From: Fonticula alba ATCC 38817
Lineage: Eukaryota; Protista; Nucleariida
NCBI GenBank assembly: GCA_000388065.2
Contig: KB932203.1
Reading direction: 5' to 3' (one strand)
DNA length: 53,584 nucleotides
This document shows, piece after piece, positions 1 to 11,959 of this stretch. Within the stretch, counting starts at the first letter, position 1, and each line of letters begins with the position of its first letter. Position numbers and translations under genes: made by a program. Under the pieces are notes generated by a model, which did not search any database, was not told where the DNA came from, and worked only from the letters and a program-made list of their open reading frames with translations.

Positions 1-51
1 CCCCCCCCCCCCCCCCGTCGCTCCCCTCGAGAGAAAGCTCCGGCGCGTGCC

Positions 52-3000
52 ATGTCCGGGCCGAGCGGCAGTCTCTCGCGGCCGGTCACCCCACTGCCGA
101 GCGGCGACTCGCTGTCCGACAGCGAGGGCGCCGACTCGCTGATGGCCTCGTCGGCCAGCGCCGATGTCGTCCTGGCGGCCGGCTCGCCGCGGCTTGACGA
201 TGGCCCGGTCCCGGGCCGTCGCCAGCGCGCCTCCTCCCTGCAGTCCCTCGATCCGCCGGACCTGGAGCCCATCTTCCCGCCCTCGCCCTCGTCTTCTTCG
301 GCCTCCTCCGTGCACTCGAACTCCTCCGGGTCCGAGGGCAGCCCCAGCGGGTCGCCGGCGTCATTGCCCGCCGGTTCCAACTCGCCCCCCGCCTCGCCCA
401 GTTCCTCACGGCGCTTTGCCCGTCGGATGAAGGGGACCAAGCTTTGTGCGTCTCTTGGCCCGTGTTCATGCCTGGCCCCTTGTGCCCTGTTGCGCCCTGT
501 TGCGCCCTGCTGCGCCCTGCTGCGCCCTGTTGCGCCCTGTTGCGCCCTCCGCCCGTCCCCCTCTCTCCCTGCCTCCCGGGCTTGACGGGGTTCTCCGCCG
601 TGCCTTCCGTGCTTCCTGCCCTATCCGCCCCCTGGCCTCGCCCCCCCCCCCTGCCCTCAACTTGCCTCCCCCGCTGACTCGCGCCCATGACCAGTCCGTC
701 GCACGTCCATCCCCGACCTTTCGGCGCCGGAGGATCCCCCCACCGCCGGGGCCGGCGACGACTCCCACGCCTCCTCGCGCGAGTCGTCCCTCTCTTCGCT
801 GACGGCCCCCGGAGCCACGCTCTTCTCGCGCGGGGCCCGATCTGGCTCCTCGCTGTCCTTCGCTTCGTCCGTGTCATCTGGGCACTCCTCGGCCACCGGT
901 GGCGGGGGCGGCGGGGCCGGCAGCGGCCCCGGCAACAACCCCGCGGTCCCCGGCGGCCCGGCCACCGCGCACAGGCGCCCCAGCGCCGGGGGCCTGGCCT
1001 CCGGGCCCCTCGGCTCGGCCGGCGGCCCAGGCAGCCTGTCGCCCTCGCTCGGGGGGAGCACCCCGGGCCCGGCGCACAGCTACGCCCTGCGCCGGTCGCC
1101 CACCACGTCGGAGTTTGTGCGGCTGTCGCACTCGCGCGGCGTGGCCCGGCAGCGGCGCATCCTCTGGACCCTGATGGACGGGGTGAAGCCCTCGCCCGGG
1201 GCGGCGCAGCGCATCGCCATCTGCTCGGCCGTGGCCGCCCTGCCGCCGGGGTCGTCGTCCGGCTCCGGCGCCGGGGCGCATCTGGGCTTCTCCGGCTCCG
1301 GGTCGGCCCTGCTGGCCGGCCCGTCGCCCGGGGCCTCGGCCGCCTCCAGTGCCGGCGCCTCACCGGCCCTTTCGTCTGCCTCCTCGCCCTCGTTGCATGG
1401 GCCCGGCTCCGGGGTCGACCCCGGTGCCCCGCCCGCGGCCCCGGAGAAGCAAAAGTGGAACTGGCTCTTGCGCCGCGGCTGTGCGCCCCTCCATCCTCTC
1501 CCGCTTTCCTCCGCCCTTTCCGTGGGGTGGGGTAGGGGGGGGGGGGGGGGAGATTCCTGCCCCTCTCCCGGTCCCCACCACCCTGACGTGTTGCTGACAT
1601 GCTTTGGCTGACCTCCGGCCTCCGGCCTCCTCCTCCTCCTCCTCCTCCTCCGCCGCCGCCGCCGCAGCTGTTTCGCCGCTGCAGGCCACCGTGGCCCAGA
1701 CCACGGCCGCCATTCTGCCCGGGTCCTTGCCCGGGGACCGGCTGCTGTTGCAGCAGCGCCGGCAGCTCCTCCGGTCGCTGAAGCCCCCCACGCCCAAGGT
1801 GGCCGGGGTGCAGGTGTCGCCGACTCCGGTGACGGCTGCCACCTCCGGGCCGCCGCCCACCCTGGCCTCGGCCGCCAGCTCGCTGCTTTCGAGCCTGCGC
1901 AAGTCCCCGCCCAAGTCGACTGCCGGTACGCGCGGCCGGTTGCCCCCCCCCCCTCTCCCCCTTCTCCCTGCCGCCGTGTGCCTCTCTCGCTTGTGGTGTT
2001 TTTTTTATTTGTTTCTCCCTCGCGCCTCTTGGCCCCCCCCCCCCGCCAAGACGCCACGTGCCTTTTTTATCCCTCTCTCACCTGGTTCTCCTCCCCCGCC
2101 CCACTACCCCTGGGCCGATGCCTCGGATGTGGCAGAATACATCCACCTCCTGCGCCTGGCCATCCTGGACCGGAATGAGCAGCGCGCCATCACGCTGGTC
2201 TTCCACCGCCTGCCCTCGAGTAGCGCCTTCTGGCGGGAGTTCCACACCCGGCGCCTGAGCCGCGACATCGTGGTCCTGGCCATCCTCAACCGGCTGGAGG
2301 TGCTGGCCATGCTTCTGATGAAGCGCTGTGCCGAGGGCGCCGGCGTGGTGGTGCCGACCACCTCGGCCCCTTCGGCCCCCTTCTCCATTCCGGCCTCCTC
2401 CGGGACCAGCGGGTCGGACAAGGGCAGCCCTCCCGGCGCCACGGGCACCGGGTCCGGCGGGTCCACCGGTGCTGGCGCCGGCGCCGGCGCCGGCGCCGGC
2501 CAGTCGGGACCGGGCTCCGGGTCCTCCGGGGCCGGGGGCCCCGGGGTCGGGAGCTCGCTGCGCGTGGCCCCGGAGCTCATCCAGACCACCGGCAAGCCGA
2601 CGGAGGCCTCCTCGATCCTGGCCCTGCGCATTGCGGCCGCCTCGATGACCGGCGACCCGGCCGCCGGGCATGGGGGCATCATTTGCGCGGTCCCCGGCGC
2701 GTGTCCGGCGCTGCCGCCCCGGTCGCAGGGGTGCGCCTGCGAGCTGGGCGTCGGGGACTGGTGGACCCGGCCCATTGTCACGGTGCGCTATTCGCTGACC
2801 CGGTCGCCGGAGCAGCAGCTGGCCGCGTCCAAGCGCGCGGTTCTGGCGCAGCGGGCCGCGCGGGCGGCCGCGCGCTCCGCCGCCGCGGCGAAGATCCTGG
2901 CCACGGCCAGCGCCGCCGGCACCATGGCGCCCGGCTCGCCGGGGCTGCCCTCCTCGTCGCCCGGCAGTCCGGGCTGCCCGCCGCTGGTGCCGACGGTGCC

Positions 3001-6000
3001 GGCCCTGGCGGTCGTCAAGTCCCCGCGGTGCACCTGCCCGCCGGGGGCAGCTGACCGGGTCACCGGTGTCGGGACCGGCCCCGAGCCGGAGCCCGGGCCC
3101 GGGCCGGCTCTCAATGACCCGGCGCACAATCTCCGCCGGCGAACGGAGCGCCTGCCTCGGGGCAAGCGGTCGGCGGCGGCCGCGGCGGCCGTGGCCGCCG
3201 CCACCGCCGCGTCCACCGACGAGCAGCGCCCTGCCGGTGGTGGCCGGCATGTGGCCGGCTGCCCGGCGGCCCTGGCGCCGGAGCCCCAAGCCCGGCGGCC
3301 GGCCCGGGCGCGCGGCCCTGGCGCCGCCCCGGCCTCGGGCTCTTCGAAGAAGCGCCCCTCGGCCGGCGGCCGGCGGCGCCCGCAGCAGCCCTCCCTGCCG
3401 CGATCCTTCCAGGGCATCAACCCGGTGGCGGTGATGGCCTTCCCGTCGCAGCATCGGCGTCGGCCGGTGCTGGCCGGGCCGCCGGCTCCGGGGACCGTGG
3501 CGTCGGCTTCCTCCGCGTCGGCCGGCGCCTCGGCGGCCTCGGTGGTGACGGTCCGCCAGCGGCGGAATCTCCTCCGGCGCCGGTACACCCGGCGCTTCGC
3601 CAGCGGGGTGTACACCTTCTCCCGGCGCCATTGCCAGGTGTACCCGCCGCAGCGGTCACGCATCCATGCGCTGGTGACGCCGCACTCGGTGGCCGGGCAG
3701 GCGCACCTCCTGTCGCCGCTGGGCCCCTGCGAGTGGCGCCATGTGCAGGCTCCATCGGTCTTGCTGCTGGCCATCAGCCAGCGCATGGACCGGCTGGTGT
3801 TCTCCATGCTCAATGGCGACTACGGCATCGCCGGGGCCTTCGCCAGTGTGGCCCCGCCGGCGCTGCCCTCCTTCTCCTCGGCCCCGGACCGGTCGGGCGA
3901 CTATGCCAGCGCCTGGTATGGCCTGACTCCCCTCATGCTGGCGGTGGCCGTGGCCGGGCGCGATGTCGAGCTCCAGGGCCCGGATGCCAACAAGTCCGAC
4001 CGCATCGTGCGCATGCTCCTGGCCGCCGGGGCCGATCCCATGTGTGGTGCGTGTGTTTTTTTCTGTGTTTTTGTGTTTTTGTGTTTTTGTGTTTTTGTGT
4101 TTTTGTGTTTTTGTGTTTTTGTGTGTTTTTGTGTGTTTTTGTGTTTTTGTATTTTTGTCTGTTTGTGTGTGTTTTTGTGTTTTTGTGTTTTTGTGTTTTT
4201 GTATGTGTGTGTGTGTGTATCTCTGTGTCTCTGCGTCTCTGTCTTTGTGTCTCGCTCCGACTGTGCGACGGGTCTTTGGTGCTGGCCAGCGGCGCGCCCA
4301 CCCACTCGAACGTCAAGAGCCATCATCCGAAAGGGCCGGGGGCGGCTTGCTCTCTCTTCATTCCTCCCCCCCCCCTCCCCTCCATCTTGCTCCTCCGGCC
4401 ACGCTGACCCCCATCTCGTGCGCCCGCCCCGCCCACCATCGCAGGCATCCCCTACACCCACTACCTGTCAATGCGGTCGCTGGTTCCGCGGCCGCTGGCC
4501 GGGCAATCGTTCGACATCACCGAGCGGTCGTCCCCAGTACGCGCGCCCGGCCTGGAGGGCTCGGCCGCGGCCGGCCCCCCGCCGGCGTTGCGCGATGCCC
4601 GGCCTGCCCCGGAGCGCCAGCTTCCGGACCGGCACTACTCGGCTTCGGCGCACCAGCCGGTCTTCGCCACATCGCTGCTGGTGCGGCTGGCGTCGGTGCT
4701 GGACTCGGACGCCCGGCGCCCGGCGGCTCGGCGCTTCTTCGGCCTCATCAGCGGGTCCACCCGGCGTGATCGGCGCTTGTCCATGTCCTCCACGCGGTCG
4801 CTCATGCTGGACCCCCCGCCGGGGTCGATCCTGAGCGTGCCGGCGGCGGCCATGTCCGCTTCCGGGCCCGGGGCCGGGGCCGGGGCCGCGCGGTCCAAGG
4901 CCAGCCCGCTGGCTGCGCCTGGCGGCCTCCGCGCCCCGGCCATCGCGGCCCCGGCCACCGCCTCGCACAGCTCCGTCTCCGACACGGACCCCGCCTCCGG
5001 CTATGACTACGACTACGACTATGACACCGACGACACGGATTACGACACCGATGATGATGACGATGAGGATGGCGGGGATGTGGCCGGCCTGCCGGGCCGG
5101 CCGTCGGCCCTGGCCCCGCCGTCTCGGCCGGGTGTTCCCACGTCCACCACCTCCGCTGCCACCGCGGCAGCGGTGCTGGCGGCGCCGGCGCCAGTCGCCC
5201 CCTCGGAGGCCGCCGTGCCAGCCATGGCACCGGGCGTGGTGGCTCCGGTGTCGGCTTCGGCCCCGGCCTCGGCCCCGGTGCCGGCCCCGGGCCCGAGTAT
5301 GGCCCAGGCGGCCCCGGCCCCGGCCCCGGCCCCGGCCCCGGCCCCGGCCGCGACCCCCCCGGTGGCTCCCCCGGGCGCTGGTAAGCCTCCCGGCCGGCGG
5401 CCCTCGCTGGCCAGCCGCGCCGGGCTCAACCAGGTGTTCGAGTCCATGAAGCAGCGCTTCGGCCGGAACATGGTCACCGAGTATGGGTTTGATTGGCTGA
5501 ATGCCGACGACCCGGCCGGCGGGCCCGCGGCCGCGGCCCCGCCTGCGACCACCATCACGCCCATCCCCCTGCCGGGTACCATCCCCGAGGAGGAGCCCTG
5601 CCTCTCGGAGTCGGGCCTGTCGCAGGAGTCGGACCTGTCGCTGGTGGTGGCCACCGTGGTGGAGGCGGGGCCCCGGCCGCCCTCGCCCTCGCCCTCGCCC
5701 TCGCCCTCGCCGGCCCCGACCGTGGCCCCGGCGCCGGCGATGGTGGCGGGGCCCACGCCAGGGCAGCGGCCGGGCCGCCCCTCGTCCGGGTCCTCGAGCG
5801 CCACCTCCAGTGGGTCCTCCTGCTCGAGCTACTCGGCCACCGACTCGTCGGCCTCGTATTCCAGCGACTCGAGCGACTCCGAGTCGGAGGATGCGCGCCA
5901 GCGGCCGGCGGCCGCCTCGCTGGCCCTGCATCCCCGGCGGCCGGAGGCCCATGCGCCGGCCGGGGCCGGCAAGTCCACGGTCGTGTCGGGCCGCCGGCCG

Positions 6001-8948
6001 GGCGGCTGCCAGTGCGCCTCCCTGCCGGCGGCCTTGGACCGGCATCTGGCGCGCTTTGCCCGGGCCGCGTGCGACCTGCCGCCCCCGTGCCGGCGGCGCG
6101 GGTGCCACCGGTGCGGCGGCCGCCCGGGCAGCGTGCGCCCCGGCGGCCCGCTGGGCATCGGCATTGCGCGTGTTTGCGCGCGGCCCGCCTCCCTGGTGCC
6201 GACCTTCCGGCCGCCGTCGACGCAGTGGCGCCCGGCGCGGGGCCTGCGCCGGCCCTGCTCCGACCCGCTGACCCCGCTGCACCGGCGGCTGGTCTACCCG
6301 CTGGATGTGGCCACTGCCTCGCGGTCCTCGGTCACCGGGGCCTACTCGCGCAGTGTCATGGACGCCCTGATTGCCAAGATGTCGGCCGAGGATGTGGCAG
6401 CCTGCTCGCTGGCGGTCCTGTCGCTGGCGGACCCGGTGCCGCCGGAGGGCGCCGTCGCGGGCACCCCGCCGCCGGGGGGGGCCCCCGCCTCGGTGACGGC
6501 CGGGCCCGGGGCGCCGGCCGACCCTGGCGCCGTGCCGCGCCTGACGGCCCCCTGCCTGGGGCTGGAGTCCCCGCCGCCGGCCGACCGGATTGCCTCCTCC
6601 CTGCACCTGGTCCGCCTGTTGAAGTCCGGCGCGCAGCCCACCTTCCGGTCGACCCGCGGCAACACGCCCCTGCATTTGGCCGTGCGCTCGGGCGATGTGT
6701 GCAGTGTGTGGATCCTCCTGCAGGCCTTTGCCGCGGTGGACCTGGTCCCCAGCGAGCCGCGGCTGGACCCCCTGACCCTGGACGAGCGCCTCCCCTCGGC
6801 CCAGCTGGCCTACTCCAAGGCCGCGCTCTTCGACGTGCCGGGTGAGAATGGCTGGTGCGTGTCCGGTCGCCCCGGGTGCCGATCTTTCCCCCCTCCCCCG
6901 CTGCTCCCGTTCCGCCTCCTGCCCCCCCCCCCCCCCGCGCTCCCTTTTTTTCCCCCCCCCCGCCGGCCCGCTGGCTTTTTGCCCCCCCCCCCCCCCCCCC
7001 CATTCACAGGACCCCCCTGCACGAGGCCGTCTCGCTGCAGAATCCGGCCCTGGTCCGGCTGTTGCTGCGATTCGGCTCCAACCCCGACGTGGCCACGGCC
7101 GTCATCCAAAGCCACGCGCCGCTGCCGGGAGATGTGCAGGCCCGGCTGGCCGTGCGTGACAGTCTCCTGGCCTCCGGGGCCTTCGACTCGCTGCCGGCCA
7201 GCTTCACCGGGCTTTTCGCCGGGTGCGGCGGGGCCCGGCGCTGTGCCGGCGGCCTGGAGTGTGCCCTGCTCCGGGGCCGGGAGGGTGCGTCGCTCCGGGC
7301 GCCGGCGTGGGCCCGGCTCCTGGCCAGCCCGGCGCACTTGGCCAGCACCCGGAATGCGCATTACCCCCTGGCTCCGAGCTTCTCCGGGTACCGAGTGCTC
7401 GGGCTGGATCCGAGCCCGGGCGATGATGCGGACACGTCGTCGCTCAACTTCCTGGCCACCGGGGACAGCCTGCCGGAGGGCAGCCTCACCGGGCCGGACG
7501 CCGCTTCCCTGCTCTTGGAGGTGGGCCTGTCGCCGCTGGCCGGGGGGGGGCCGGGCAGTGGCGGCGGCAGCCCCGCCTATGGGCCCGGCCACCCGGGCGG
7601 CCCGCTGGCCGGGCCCGGCGACGCATGCTCCGCCTCGTCGTCGTCGTCCTCCCCGCCGCCGGTGTTCACCACCATCAGCAGTGGCAGCAGCTCGCGGCGC
7701 ATGAGCACCACCACCGGCTCCTCCTCCGGGGGGACCCCGGGCACCGGGTCCGAGGGGGCTTCTTCGCGCCCCCGGCGAGGCCTCCGCCGGCGCCTGGCCT
7801 CGGCCGTCCTGTCGGGCTTCTGTGCCCGGGCGTCGCCGCTGCACCTGGCCGCGGCGCTGCACCTGGAGGCCCGGCATGTGGCCCTGGAGATGGCCGAGGC
7901 CGAGGCCGAGGCCGAGGCGGCCACCGCGGCCCTGGGTGGCCGTCGGCCGCCGGCCGGGCCGCAGGCCGGCCACGAGGGGTCCGGTGCCGAGTACGCCGGG
8001 TCGGCCTTCTCGGCGCCCGCCTCGCCGGCCACGGCGCCGCCGGGCAGCGCGCCGGCCCCGGCCGGGCCCGGCCTCGACGGCCCGGAGTCCGCGATCCCCC
8101 TGCGGCCGGGGCTCTTCGACACGCCGGAGGCCAATGCCCTGCTGGCGGCGCGACTCATTCACTTCATGCTGGCGCAGGCGGCCGCCGCCCGGTCGATCCC
8201 GGCGGCGGTGCTGCGCGTGGCCAAGATGGCCGCGGCCGACCCCTCCGGCGGCGGGGCCGGCGGCAGCCGGCACTCGCTGACCCTCACCCGGCTGTCCATG
8301 TGCTCGGATGAGTATTCCATCCCCCTGTCCGGGGCGCCGGATGGGGTGACGGCGGCGGCGGCGGCCGCGGCGGCGGCCAGCCTGCGCGCCGGGTCTGCCC
8401 TCCCTCCCGGGGCCGGGCACCTGACCCTGCCCCCGGGCCAGCCGCAGCCGCAGCCGCAGCCGCAGCAGCTGCTGCACCAGGGGTCGGACTTCCAGAGCGC
8501 GCGGGCGGCTCTGCTCCGGCCGCGCGGGCCCGGCGGCGACATCCCCACGTCGCCGACCGCGCCGACCCCCCCGGCTCCCCCGGCGCCCGGGGCCTTCCCC
8601 GGGCCGGATGTCTCGGACGCCCTGCTGCACGCGGCCCTGGCCCAGCTGGATGCCAATCTGGATCAGTTCTTCGGCCACATCGTGGCCCCCATGCTGAAGG
8701 TCAGTGCCCCGGCGCAGCTTTCCTCGCCGGTGCTCAGCCCCTCGGGCCCGAACCCCGGGGTCTTCGGCGGGTCGTCCGGGGCGGTGGGCCCGCTTGGCGG
8801 CTCCGGCCTGCTGGCCGTGTCCTCCTCCTCTTCCTCGTCCTCCACCTCGCCCTCCTCCTCGCCGTCGATTGTCAACTTCCGCAAGCCCTCCTCCGGCGGC
8901 CTGGGCGGCGGCGGCGGCGGCGGCGGCGCCTCGCGCCGCAAGTCCTAA
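52..8948 (+). CDS. Large ankyrin-repeat-containing protein (~2565 aa, 6 exons, mostly low-complexity)
   Basis: Exons 52-445, 695-1480, 1668-1925, 2136-4046, 4445-6854, 7010-8948. All introns are GT..AG with matching phases; total 7698 nt. Ankyrin motifs: YGLTPLMLAV..IVRMLLAAGADP, RGNTPLHLAVRSGDVCSVWILL, and ENGW|TPLHEAVSLQNPALVRLLLRFGSNPD (restored only by the 6855-7009 intron). The frame is open to the window edge, so the true start may lie upstream. Confidence 0.8.
481..550 (+). repeat. Intronic 10-bp tandem repeat TGCGCCCTG(T/C), about 7 copies
   Basis: tgtgccctgt tgcgccctgt tgcgccctgc tgcgccctgc tgcgccctgt tgcgccctgt tgcgccctcc, inside intron 446-694. Confidence 0.95.
4052..4220 (+). repeat. 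Intronic T/G-only repeat, mainly an 8-bp GTGTTTTT unit grading into (GT)n
   Basis: Read directly in intron 4047-4444. Confidence 0.95.
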
Positions 8949-9730
8949 GGTCCACGCGCGGCACGCTCGAAGTGGCCCCACGCGGGGCCGCATGCGTACA
9001 TGCATGGGCAGTCGGGTGATGGCCACGGCGGTGGCGGCGGCGGCAGCAGTATGCGCGTAGCTCCAGAGGCAGCGCGCGGGGAAGCACAGGGCGTAAGGGG
9101 GAGCAAGAAAAAAAAAGCCGTGGCACAGAGCCGAGAGGGAAGACCCCCAGAAGGCCCGAGGGGGTGGGGGGGGGCGTGCTCTCTTTGCCCCTCACCCCGC
9201 CGCCGGTTACCTTTCTTTAGACGATCCGCTCCCAGTTCCTTGTATATTATCCGGCGCGACGACGACGGCGAACTCCTGTCACCCTCCCCCTCCCCCNNNN
9301 NNNNNNNNNNNNNNNNNNNNNNNNNNNNNNNNNNNNNNNNNNNNNNNNNNNNNNNNNNNNNNNNCCCCCCGCTCCCACACGCCCTCCTGCTTGCTCGCCT
9401 CCCCTGTGCCCTCTGACTCTCCGGCACAGAATACACGTTCACATTCCCCCCTTTCTCTCTCTCTCTCTCTCTCTCTCCGCCCTTCTCTCGCATGTGCCGG
9501 GCGCGGTGGACCCTTCGTCGGCTTGACCGTTTCTTTCGTATTGTTCCTCCCCGCCGGGCCCACACGAGTGCGCACAAAACCCGCATCTATCGGAGCAGCA
9601 GGAGCAGGGCGCAGGCGGGACACACACCACGAGCGGCGGGCATCTTCGGGCCTCGGTCTAGAGCGACATCCTCTCGCCCGCCCCGGCGCCCGCGCCCCCA
9701 CCATCGCCGGCCATCTATCGGGCGGGCACA

Positions 9731-11756
9731 TCAGGGCTTGGACTTGGACGTGAGCTGGGCCTGTAGGGCCGCCTGGTGGAGCTTGATGTCGGTGGCCACA
9801 TCGAAGGAGTTCAGCGCATAGAGGTCCGCCAGCAGGGTCGATGCCTGCCGGGCCGCCGAGCGCTGGATGGCCAGCAGCAGGACCGGCGGCCCGGCGGCCA
9901 GGGCCGCGGCCATTTCCGAGTCCGCCTCGACGGCGCGGCGCCCGCGGGCAGCCACCTGCCGCAGGGACATCAGCCCGGAATTCGGGCGATTGTCCGGGGG
10001 CGGCTCCAATGCCCGGACGGCGGCCCTGGCTCCGGCCAGCACGGCCGCCTGGCCCGGCTTCGTGGTCAGGTCATGCTCCAGGAGGAGATGCCCCCGACCG
10101 GCGGCCGCCAGAGCCTGGAGATGGTCGGCGGCGGCCGTGTCGCCGGCCGCCCGGAGGGCCTGCACCCGGGCCCGCACCGGGGCCGGCTCCCGGCCGGGGC
10201 ATAGCTGCAGCCAGTCCCGCGCCTCGGCCGAGGCCAGCAACACCCGGGCCAGATCGGCCCCGAGGGTGACCAGCGGCGCCACATGGTACCGCCGCGGGCC
10301 GAACACCGAGTCACACCCCTCCGGCCTGGCAGCGCGGTCCTCCTCGGACAGGCGCCAGTCCGGCCGGTGATCAAAGCGCTCGGCCCCATCCCACCAATCG
10401 TATGAGTCCGTCAGCGAGAGGGCCACATCGAAGTCCCGGCTGAACCCGGCCGGCAGGCTTTCCAGCGGGATGTACTTCTCTCGGTCGGTCGGCCCGAGCG
10501 GGCGCACGGGCCGGTCCTCGGGGCGCACGGCCCCCGGGGGGGCCGTGGTGGTCCCATCCTCCCGCGAGCATGGCGGCCCCCCGGCGGGCGCCGGCCTGCC
10601 GGAGGTTGCCACCCCCCGACCGACCCCATGCTTCTGGGCATACTTCTGGTCCAGCACCGCCAGGTAATGCAGGGCACGATGCCGGGCCGGGACCGGCGGC
10701 TCTCCGGCCGGGCCGGCCAGCTCGCCATACGCCAGGCACGCGGTGCCAATGCTGAAGGGCAGGTCGTCCTGGTGGAGCCCCCGCATCTGGAGGATACTCC
10801 GCGCATTCGACCGGGTCGTCTGGTGGGCAGAGGGCGATGGGTGGTCGGCCCCGGCGGGCGGGTCGGCCACCTGGCCGTCGGCCCCGGTGGCCGCCTGCGC
10901 CGCCAGGTGGTACGGGTTCCGCAGGGCCAGCACCAGCATCGTGTTTTCCAGGTTCTCCGGGCTCGAGAGGCGCTGGTCGTCGAGCTCGCCGCGGGCGCGG
11001 AAGTCCCCGTCCAGCTGCAGGACCGGCCGCTCGTCGTCCTCCATCATCTGCAGGACCACGGTGTCCTCGTCCGGCGGATGGGCCGGCATGCGCGTATCCA
11101 GGCGAATGCATGACCCGCGCGAGAGCAGGACCGTGTGGAAGTCCTCCAGGAGGCGCCGGACCAGCTTGTCCTCCACCTGCGAGAGGATGTTTTCCGGCAC
11201 CTCGACCGTGGTGTGGAGCTGCTTGCTCAGGATCTCGGCTGATTCACGAGGCAGGGCCGAAGGCGGGGATCGGGCGAAGAGGGCGAAGAGGGCGGGGGGG
11301 GNNNNNNNNNNNNNNNNNNNNNNNNNNNNNNNNNNNNNNNNNNNNNNNNNNNNNNNNNNNNNNNNNNNNNNNNNNNNNNNNNNNNNNNNNNNNNNNNNNN
11401 NNNNNNNNNNNNNNNNNNNNNNNNNNNNNNNNNNNNNNNNNNNNNNNNNNNNNNNNNNNNNNNNNNNNNNNNNNNNNNNNNNNNNNNNNNNNNNNNNNNN
11501 NNNNNNNNNNNNNNNNNNNNNNNNNNNNNNNNNNNNNNNNNNNNNNNNNNNNNNNNNNNNNNNNNNNNNNNNNNNNNNNNNNNNNNNNNNNNNNNNNNNN
11601 NNNNNNNNNNNNNNNNNNNNNNNNNNNNNNNNNNNNNNNNNNNNNNNNNNNNNAGGGGGGGAGGGGGGGCAGGAGGTCCATGAGCCAGGCCAAAAGCGCA
11701 CCGCGGGGAATGGGCCGGCCGAGAGATTGGCACGTCCGAAGAGGAGAGGAGAGCAT
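9731..11756 (-). CDS. Hypothetical protein (~520 aa), probable mitochondrial presequence
   Basis: Exon 11756-11702 (MLSSPLRTCQSLGRPIPR, donor GTGCGC, phase 1) joins exon 11238-9731 in phase (acceptor AATCAG). The intron contains gap 11302-11653. N-terminus is Arg/Ser/Leu-rich and ends KQLHTT; the body has normal globular complexity. No family recognised. Confidence 0.7.
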
Positions 11757-11959
11757 TTGAACTTCGTGTGCGCGTGTGTGTGCGCGTGTGTGTGCGCGCG
11801 TGTGTGCGCGCGTGTGTGTGTGTGTGTGTGTGTGGGAGGTCGGAGGCGGTGAGTGCCGAGCGCGAGCGCCAGCTAGAGGGCGGGCTGTGACCGGGCAGAG
11901 GGGACGAGCGGACGCCTGGGCGGGCGGGCGGGCGAATGCACCGGCACCAGGAGCCCGCG

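Noticed and set aside
1604-1667. Alternative start for the 1076-aa ORF (ADLRPPASSSSSSSSAAAAA)
   Set aside because: It relies on a CTG start and lies in the branch point/polypyrimidine tract of intron 1481-1667.
4052-4220. Telomere-like repeat
   Set aside because: The GTGTTTTT unit lacks a G-run typical of telomeres, is heterogeneous, and sits inside a well-defined intron.
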